Below, piece after piece: positions 57,747 through 64,000 of a stretch of DNA of 64,000 nucleotides; the first letter of the stretch is position 1, and each line of letters opens with the position of its first letter. The notes under the pieces were generated by a model. That model was not told the origin of the DNA, searched no databases, and was given only the letters and a program-made list of their open reading frames with translations. The position numbers were made by a program, and so were the translations under genes. The stretch covers positions 165,776 to 229,775 of the forward strand of contig JBPOGF010000004.1 of NCBI GenBank assembly GCA_051251915.1, written 5' to 3'. Origin of the DNA: Akkermansiaceae bacterium. GTDB taxonomy: Bacteria; Verrucomicrobiota; Verrucomicrobiia; Verrucomicrobiales; Akkermansiaceae.

Positions 57747-58838
57747 ATGGATGCGATACGTGTAGATAAATTGAGGAAAAGTTACAACAAAGATGTGGTT
57801 GCGCTCGATGATGTGAGCTTGCGGGTTGCGGAAGGTGAGTTGTTTTTCCTCCTTGGTGCGAGTGGTTGTGGCAAGACGACGTTGTTGAGATCTATTGCGG
57901 GGCTGGAGAAGCCTGATAGTGGACGGATTTATTTTGGGGAGAGAAATATCACGAATGTTCCTACGCATAAGCGAGAGGCAGCGATGATGTTTCAGTCTTA
58001 TGCTCTGTGGCCACATATGACGGTGGGTGAGAATGTGGCATTTGGTCTTGAGGAGCGAGGTGTGGATGGCGATGAGCTGGTGGATAGAACTTTAGAGGCG
58101 CTGGCTGGTGTTCAGCTGGAAGGTTATGAGGATAGGAGGATAGACCAGCTTTCTGGTGGTCAGCAGCAGCGTGTGGCATTGGCTAGGGCGTTGGTTGTGA
58201 GACCGAAGTGTTTGTTGTTAGATGAGCCTCTTTCAAACTTGGATGCCCAGCTTAGGGTGGAGATGCGAGGGGAGATTCGGAGGATTGTGAAGGAGTATGG
58301 ATTGACTGCTGTTTATGTGACGCATGATCAGGAAGAAGCTCTTTCTGTGGCGGATAAGATAGCGGTGATTCATAAGGGGAAAGTTGATCAGGTGGGAACG
58401 CCGGAGGAGATCTACCGCGAGCCTCAGACGAAGCATGTGGCATCATTTATGGGTGAGGTGAATTTCCTCAAGGGCAAGGTGGACTGGATAGTGAGAGATA
58501 ATGAGGAGGGATATGTGGTAAGGGCAATATCTGATGCGGGTGAAATTTTGCAAGGTAAGGTGACTCTGCCGGGGTGGAAGCCACAGGTGGGAGAGTCTGT
58601 GGTGGCTGCGATGAGGCCAGAGGTGGTGAGATTTGATGATAGTGGGGATGTGATTAACCAGATACAAGGGAAGGTTCTGCAGCGAGTGTATCAGGGTGCA
58701 ACGATTCAGTATTTGATGAAGAGTGTGGAGGGGGTGTATTTACAGATAGCGGTGATGAATCCGGGGAAACTTAGGGAGCCAGGTGATGCGGTGACTATCA
58801 TTGCGAAACAGCAGGATGTAGTGATTCTAAGACCATGA
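57747..58838 (+). CDS. ABC importer ATPase (PotA/FbpC family) with a TOBE domain
   Basis: GASGCGKT, FQSYALWPHMTV, LSGGQQQR, DEPLSNLD. Confidence 0.93.
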   Translation: MDAIRVDKLRKSYNKDVVALDDVSLRVAEGELFFLLGASGCGKTTLLRSIAGLEKPDSGRIYFGERNITNVPTHKREAAMMFQSYALWPHMTVGENVAFGLEERGVDGDELVDRTLEALAGVQLEGYEDRRIDQLSGGQQQRVALARALVVRPKCLLLDEPLSNLDAQLRVEMRGEIRRIVKEYGLTAVYVTHDQEEALSVADKIAVIHKGKVDQVGTPEEIYREPQTKHVASFMGEVNFLKGKVDWIVRDNEEGYVVRAISDAGEILQGKVTLPGWKPQVGESVVAAMRPEVVRFDDSGDVINQIQGKVLQRVYQGATIQYLMKSVEGVYLQIAVMNPGKLREPGDAVTIIAKQQDVVILRP

Positions 58839-60367
58839 TGAAGAAATTTGCCAGGAATGAGGTTTATGTGATTTTGGCGTTGCTGTTAGTGGCAGTGACT
58901 CCGCTCATCTTGCAGAAGGGTGAGCCGATTAGCGCGGATGATGCTGATACGAGGTTGATTATTATGACGCCTCACAATGAGACGATTCGGCGTGAATTTG
59001 GTGAGGCTTTTTCTGAATACTGGAAGGAAAAAACGGGTGAGACTGTCTATATGGATTGGCGGACACCTGGTGGAACGAGTGAGATTAGATTGATTCTTGA
59101 TGGTGATTTTAGTAGAGCGGAGAAGCGTGGTGACAAGGGGATAGGAGTGGATGTGTTGTTTGGTGGCGGTGATTATATATTTAAGAAAATGTCTTCTATG
59201 GATAGGCTGCAGAAGCTGGATGTCTTTGAGAAGCGTAAGGAATGGTTTGGTGGAGAGAAGGGGATAAGGCGGAAGTTTACTGGTGAGGATTGTTTTGATG
59301 ATGAACATACTTGGGTTGGGGTTTGTCTTTCTCGGTTTGGGATTTGCTATAATTTGGATGGGTTAGAGAGATTGGGGTTAGAGGCTCCTAAGAGTTGGGA
59401 TGATCTTGGTGATCCTAGATATTTTGGCCATATTGCGCTGGCAGATCCTACGAAGAGTGGGAGTGTGGCGAAGGCATTTGAGATGCTGATCCAGCAGAAG
59501 ATTCATGGCGAGTTAGAGACTATTGAGCGCGAGCCTGGCGAGAGTCATGCGCATATGATAGATAGGGCAAAAAGTCAGGGTTGGACGCTGGGGTTACAGT
59601 TGATTCAGAAAATTTCAGCGAATGCGCGCTACTTTACGGATAGTGCGAGTAAGATACCTCATGATGTGGCTCAGGGGGATGCTGTGGCTGGGATGTGTGT
59701 GGATTTCTACGGTAGAGCTTATAATGAAAAGCTGAAAAAAGCAGATGGTAGTAGCCGGTTACAATGGGTGACTCCGAGCGGAGGAACAAGTACGAGTGTG
59801 GATCCTGTGGCTATCTTGAGAGGTGCTGAGAATGAGAAGGTGGCGCAGGCCTTTGTAGAGTTCTTGCTTAGCGAGAAGGGGCAGTTGCTATGGAGTAACA
59901 GATCTGGAACCCCGAATGGGCCTAAGCATCATGCGATCCGTAGGATGCCAGTGAGGCCGGATATGTATACGCCGGATAGGTTGCAGTATTTTAGTGATCC
60001 TGAGGTTTTGCCTTACAAGGGTGAGCCTGATTTTGTGTATGATCCAGAGTTGACGGGTGAGTTGTTTAACTCGATGCGTCATGCGATCAAAGTAATGTGT
60101 ATCGATACTCATGATGAGCTTACTGATGCTTGGGAGACTTTGATAGAGCACACTGACGAGAGTGGGAAGATGCCACCGCTAGCGCTTCAGAACTTCAATG
60201 AGGTTAGGTTATTTTCTTATAAGAAGACCTATGAATTAAAAAATCTACTCAGCAAGAAGAGTTCAAAGAGGGAATCGCTCAGGGTGCTGGATAAGTTGAA
60301 TAGACTGGCTGCTATTTTCCGACGTTCGTATGCGGATTCTCAGAAATTAGCCAAACAAAATAGGTAA
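58835..60367 (+). CDS. ABC importer substrate-binding protein (Fe3+/thiamine/polyamine cluster)
   Basis: TPHNE, DVLFGGG, PKSWDDL.DP, ADPTKSGS. Located between ATPase and permease. Confidence 0.85.
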   Translation: MMKKFARNEVYVILALLLVAVTPLILQKGEPISADDADTRLIIMTPHNETIRREFGEAFSEYWKEKTGETVYMDWRTPGGTSEIRLILDGDFSRAEKRGDKGIGVDVLFGGGDYIFKKMSSMDRLQKLDVFEKRKEWFGGEKGIRRKFTGEDCFDDEHTWVGVCLSRFGICYNLDGLERLGLEAPKSWDDLGDPRYFGHIALADPTKSGSVAKAFEMLIQQKIHGELETIEREPGESHAHMIDRAKSQGWTLGLQLIQKISANARYFTDSASKIPHDVAQGDAVAGMCVDFYGRAYNEKLKKADGSSRLQWVTPSGGTSTSVDPVAILRGAENEKVAQAFVEFLLSEKGQLLWSNRSGTPNGPKHHAIRRMPVRPDMYTPDRLQYFSDPEVLPYKGEPDFVYDPELTGELFNSMRHAIKVMCIDTHDELTDAWETLIEHTDESGKMPPLALQNFNEVRLFSYKKTYELKNLLSKKSSKRESLRVLDKLNRLAAIFRRSYADSQKLAKQNR

Positions 60368-60378
60368 GATCAAGAAAG

Positions 60379-62073
60379 ATGAACAATAGACGCGCGACAA
60401 TTATTACAGTCATAGTGACACTTTTCTTTGGTGTTTTCTTTCTTTATCCTGTTCTTGATATTCTAGCCGTGGCCTTTACGGGTGATGATGGATTTACTTG
60501 GGATTATGTACTGACGGTGTTTGGAAACCCTAATTATTTGGAGGGTCTTTGGAATGCGTTTATGTTGGGGACGACGAGTACTATTGTGACGTTCCTTATT
60601 GCCTTGCCGTTGGCATTGGCTGCTTATCGGTGGGTGTTTCCTGGTAAGAAATGGTTGTCTATCTTGATTCTAGCGCCGCTTGTGCTTCCTCCGTTTGTAG
60701 GAGCTGTGGGGGTGAAGCATATTCTTGGTGTTGAGGGGGCGTTGAATGCGTTGTTGATAGATTTTGGTGTGATGGATGCGGGGGCGCCTACTGACTGGCT
60801 TGGGAAGAGTAAGTTCTGGGGAGTGGTGATGATGAATGCGCTTCATTTATATCCGATCTTGTTTATGAATGTGCTGGCGGCTCTTAATAAGTTAGATCCT
60901 GCTATGGAGCAGGCGGCTCAGAATCTTGGAGCATCGCCTTGGAAGAGATTTAGAAAGATCACGATGCCGCTGTGTATGCCAGGGATTTTTGCTGGTGGTG
61001 CGATTGTATTTATTTGGTCGTTTACTGAGCTTGGTGTGCCGTTGGTCTTTGACTACACCCGTGTGGCTCCGGTGCAGATTTATGATGGGATTAAGGATCT
61101 GTCAGGGAATCCGACGCCGTATGCATTGGTGTCTGTGATGTTGGTGATTTCGTTGGTGGTGTTTGCGGTGAGTAAGTTATTGCTTGGTAAAAACAACCTT
61201 GGAACGTCGCCTAGGCCGAAAGCGCGCTATGCTCAGAAGACTTTGACTGGTGCTCAAGGGTGGTTGATTTCAGGTCTTTTCATGTTGGTTTTCGTGATAG
61301 CAGCAGTGCCTCATTTTGGGGTGATCTTCCTATCTGTGGCGGGTGACTGGTATGGGACTATTTTCCCGGAGAGTATGACTATGTCGCACTATAGCGAGGG
61401 TCTTGGCCATCCGTTGGTGGTGGGTAGTATTCAGAATAGTTTGGTGTATTCTCTTGGTGCGACATTCCTGAATGTGATATTGGGGTTAGCGATCGCGTGG
61501 GTGATTGTGCGGAGTACGATATGGGGGCGGAATGTGGTGGATGCGCTGATGATGTTGCCGCTTGCTGTGCCTGGATTGGTGTTGGCATTTGGGTACCGTG
61601 CGCTGAGTGACGGTGACGGTAGTTTTAGCTGGTTAGTGGGTGCGAGTGGCGATCCGATGTTTTTGCTTATTTTGGCGTATGCGGTGAGAAGGCTACCCTT
61701 TGTGGTGAGGGCTGCTGTGGCTGGTTTGCAGCAGAGTGATCCGGTGTTGGAGGAGGCTGCGATGACGATGGGTGCTAGCCCTAAGCGGACTTTTATGCGG
61801 ATTGGTCTACCGTTGATTGGATCTAGTCTTGCGGCGGGGGCGATTTTGGCCTTTGCTTTCGCGATGTTGGAGGTGTCTGATAGTCTTATTTTAGCCCAGC
61901 AGGCTGAGCATTTTCCTATCACTAAGGCGATTTATGCACTGCTTGGGATGCTAGGAAACGGGCATGAAGTAGCGGCTGCGTTGGGTGTGTGGGCAATGGC
62001 TTTCTTAGGGGTGGCTATTGCGGGTGCATTTGTGCTGATGGGGAGAAAAGGTGGTGGGATGTTTAGGTTGTAA
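60379..62073 (+). CDS. ABC importer permease, fused double domain (FbpB type)
   Basis: Two EAA-like loops (MEQAAQNLGA, LEEAAMTMGA) and about 12 TM segments. Confidence 0.92.
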   Translation: MNNRRATIITVIVTLFFGVFFLYPVLDILAVAFTGDDGFTWDYVLTVFGNPNYLEGLWNAFMLGTTSTIVTFLIALPLALAAYRWVFPGKKWLSILILAPLVLPPFVGAVGVKHILGVEGALNALLIDFGVMDAGAPTDWLGKSKFWGVVMMNALHLYPILFMNVLAALNKLDPAMEQAAQNLGASPWKRFRKITMPLCMPGIFAGGAIVFIWSFTELGVPLVFDYTRVAPVQIYDGIKDLSGNPTPYALVSVMLVISLVVFAVSKLLLGKNNLGTSPRPKARYAQKTLTGAQGWLISGLFMLVFVIAAVPHFGVIFLSVAGDWYGTIFPESMTMSHYSEGLGHPLVVGSIQNSLVYSLGATFLNVILGLAIAWVIVRSTIWGRNVVDALMMLPLAVPGLVLAFGYRALSDGDGSFSWLVGASGDPMFLLILAYAVRRLPFVVRAAVAGLQQSDPVLEEAAMTMGASPKRTFMRIGLPLIGSSLAAGAILAFAFAMLEVSDSLILAQQAEHFPITKAIYALLGMLGNGHEVAAALGVWAMAFLGVAIAGAFVLMGRKGGGMFRL

Positions 62074-62153
62074 GTGCGCTAAACTAAGCTGTTGACCGCG
62101 TGGCCAATGCGAGGTAGTAGTCTCTCCACAAAATTAACGTATAAAAACTATTT

Positions 62154-62714
62154 ATGGCAATTGTAGCAACAAATTTAAAAAGAGGTCAGTGCATCAAGCA
62201 TGACGGTGATACTGGAGTAATTCTGAACTTAGACCATCGCACACCTGGTAAGGGTAATGCGCTGATTGCGGCGACGATTCGTTCGTTCCAGTCTGGTAAG
62301 ACTAAGTCAATTCGATTCGCATCATCAGATAAGGTGGATGTGATTGAGACTGACCGTCAGAAGTTAGAATTTTCTTACAGTGATCCATCTGGGTATCATT
62401 TCATGGATTTGACTACTTATGAGACTATTACTATTGAGGGTGATTTATTAGAGGGTTCTAAAGATTTTCTTAAGGAAGGTCAGGAAGTGGAAGTTCTCTT
62501 CATCGAAGGTAATCCAGTGAGTGTGGATCTCCCTGCTACGGTAGTGCTAGATGTGGCAGAGTCATCTGATGGGGTTAAGGGCGACACAGCGAATAATGCG
62601 ACTAAGCCAGCAACTCTTGAGACTGGGTTAGTGGTTACTGTTCCTCTTTTCGTGAAGCCTGGTGATGCGCTAAAAATAAATACACAAGATGGTTCCTATC
62701 TTGGCAGAGCGTAG
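62154..62714 (+). CDS. efp: Elongation factor P
   Basis: TPGKG loop, FMD..TYE, KPATLETG, VPLFV. Confidence 0.96.
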   Translation: MAIVATNLKRGQCIKHDGDTGVILNLDHRTPGKGNALIAATIRSFQSGKTKSIRFASSDKVDVIETDRQKLEFSYSDPSGYHFMDLTTYETITIEGDLLEGSKDFLKEGQEVEVLFIEGNPVSVDLPATVVLDVAESSDGVKGDTANNATKPATLETGLVVTVPLFVKPGDALKINTQDGSYLGRA

Positions 62715-62744
62715 TGCTCTTAGCCTGTTAAAAGACTAGAAGTT

Positions 62745-63938
62745 TTGTCTAACAGTTCCTTAGAAGTAGTTACTCAGTTTTTTGAGTATGGTAGCGCGGA
62801 GTCTCCTGTGAGGCTTCGCTGTGGAGACACGTTGTCTCATGTCAAGATTGCCTATGAAACATGGGGTGAGTTGAATGAGGATAAGTCTAATGCGATACTC
62901 ATCAACCACGCACTTTCTGGTTCACACCACGTGCTGGGCTACAATCCATCGATCCCTGAGGCTGGGGATCTCTGGCAGGAGGAGCTGCATCAAGGTTGGT
63001 GGGAAGGATTCGTAGGGCCTGGGATGGCGATAGATACTGATAAGTTTTTTGTTATTTGCCCTAATTATCTTGGTGGTTGCTATGGTTCTACCGGGCCTAG
63101 TTCTGTGAATCCTGCTACAGGTAAGGTTTATGGATCATCATTCCCGCATGTGTATGTGGCGGATCAGGCGGATATTCAGCTAGAGTTGATTAAGCATTTG
63201 GGTATTGAGCAGCTTAGTGCTGTTGTGGGTGCTTCTGTGGGAGGTCTGGTGGCGGTTACCTTTGCGACTCGGCATCCTGAGCGTGTGCGCAATGTGATTT
63301 CTATGGCAAGTGGATTCAAGACGACGGTGTTAAACCGGTTGATTTTATTTGAGCAAATTCTGGCGATTGAGAATGACTCACATTTCAATGGTGGTGACTA
63401 TTATGGTGGTGAGCATCCTGATTATGGTTTGGCTTTAGCGAGGATGATTTCTCATAAGACATTTGTGCATTTGGATGCTATTGAGCGACGAGCGACTACG
63501 GAAGTGCATCAAGATAAGGAGACGCTGAAGTGGTATGAGGTGAAGGATCCGTTCCAGAGCTATATGCTGTATCAGGGTAAGAAATTTGTGAAGCGGTTTG
63601 ATGCGAATACTTATTTACGGATCATTGATATGTGGTCACGCTATGATGCTGTGAAAGAGGCGGATGCGGAGGATGAGCTGGATTTATTTGCTGGAGCAAA
63701 GGCAAATGATCAGAAATACCTCGTGTTCAGTATTGATTCAGATTTTTGTTTCTATCCTGAGGAGCAGTCTGTGCTGGTAGATGCTCTGGAAAAGTCTGGG
63801 GTGGATAATATGTATATCACTGTGCACTCAGATAAGGGGCATGATTCATTTTTGTTAGAGCCTGCGCTCTACTCACCGCACATTAGTTTTCTTCTGAATG
63901 GAGAAGGAGAGGTGGGGGCGACTCCTGTTGCCTCATAA
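62745..63938 (+). CDS. metX: Homoserine O-acyltransferase (MetX family)
   Basis: AYETWG.LN, HALSG, GSTGPSS, GASVGG nucleophile, RFDANTY, GHDSFLLE. TTG start. Confidence 0.92.
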   Translation: MSNSSLEVVTQFFEYGSAESPVRLRCGDTLSHVKIAYETWGELNEDKSNAILINHALSGSHHVLGYNPSIPEAGDLWQEELHQGWWEGFVGPGMAIDTDKFFVICPNYLGGCYGSTGPSSVNPATGKVYGSSFPHVYVADQADIQLELIKHLGIEQLSAVVGASVGGLVAVTFATRHPERVRNVISMASGFKTTVLNRLILFEQILAIENDSHFNGGDYYGGEHPDYGLALARMISHKTFVHLDAIERRATTEVHQDKETLKWYEVKDPFQSYMLYQGKKFVKRFDANTYLRIIDMWSRYDAVKEADAEDELDLFAGAKANDQKYLVFSIDSDFCFYPEEQSVLVDALEKSGVDNMYITVHSDKGHDSFLLEPALYSPHISFLLNGEGEVGATPVAS

Positions 63939-64000
63939 ATAGAGCACACCGAAGCTCTTAGTAATACTCTGTAGCGTTGCCTCATAATTAGGACACTCTA

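Noticed and set aside
20417..61922. Many long antisense ORFs (e.g. 20417-20881, 28091-28621, 32244-32780, 48051-48548, 57720-58016, 61431-61922)
   Set aside because: Shadows of well-supported genes on the opposite strand, with no independent protein motifs.
57642..62073. Island at tRNA-Leu(CAA)
   Set aside because: Downstream genes have native strand bias, with no integrase or att repeat.
62745..63938. Serine O-acyltransferase (DcsE/Cys2 type) rather than MetX
   Set aside because: The turn motif is HALSG (homoserine type), not the GLSP type.
63940..64000. Short ctct-containing repeats at the window end
   Set aside because: Too short, irregular and truncated to interpret.

Overview
64 kb of a bacterial chromosome, most likely a marine member of the Verrucomicrobiales. 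This is inferred from the PEP-CTERM protein, a Cys-type sulfatase, a divergent acidic-linker FtsZ and the mreBCD-mrdA-rng arrangement. Most of the window is core or housekeeping DNA: two cysK paralogs, ftsZ, ilvA, hemE-hemG, pepA, msrBA, polA, mreBCD-mrdA-rng, holB, cysJ/nirA, glpQ/glpD, pxpABC, an ABC importer, efp, metX and two tRNA-Leu genes. No integrase, transposase, prophage or CRISPR array was seen. Best leads: (1) a Cys-rich leader ending in RGSPP, resembling ribosome-arrest leaders, in front of a MacAB-type exporter with two permeases and a CxxPWDxCC lipoprotein (46190-51839); (2) a transporter-less module of an SBP-vWA lipoprotein, a paralogous SBP and a membrane coiled-coil protein beside tRNA-Leu (34385-38135); (3) three similar sigma54-type boxes, before cysJ-nirA, a transglutaminase pair and an unknown secreted protein; (4) repeated leaderless-type promoters with a -10 box 6-8 nt before the ATG; (5) hemG apparently starting at ATC; (6) a candidate structured RNA at about 25793-25923; (7) very strong G/T strand skew that relaxes in discrete patches. 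All calls come from reading motifs by eye; no database searches were run.
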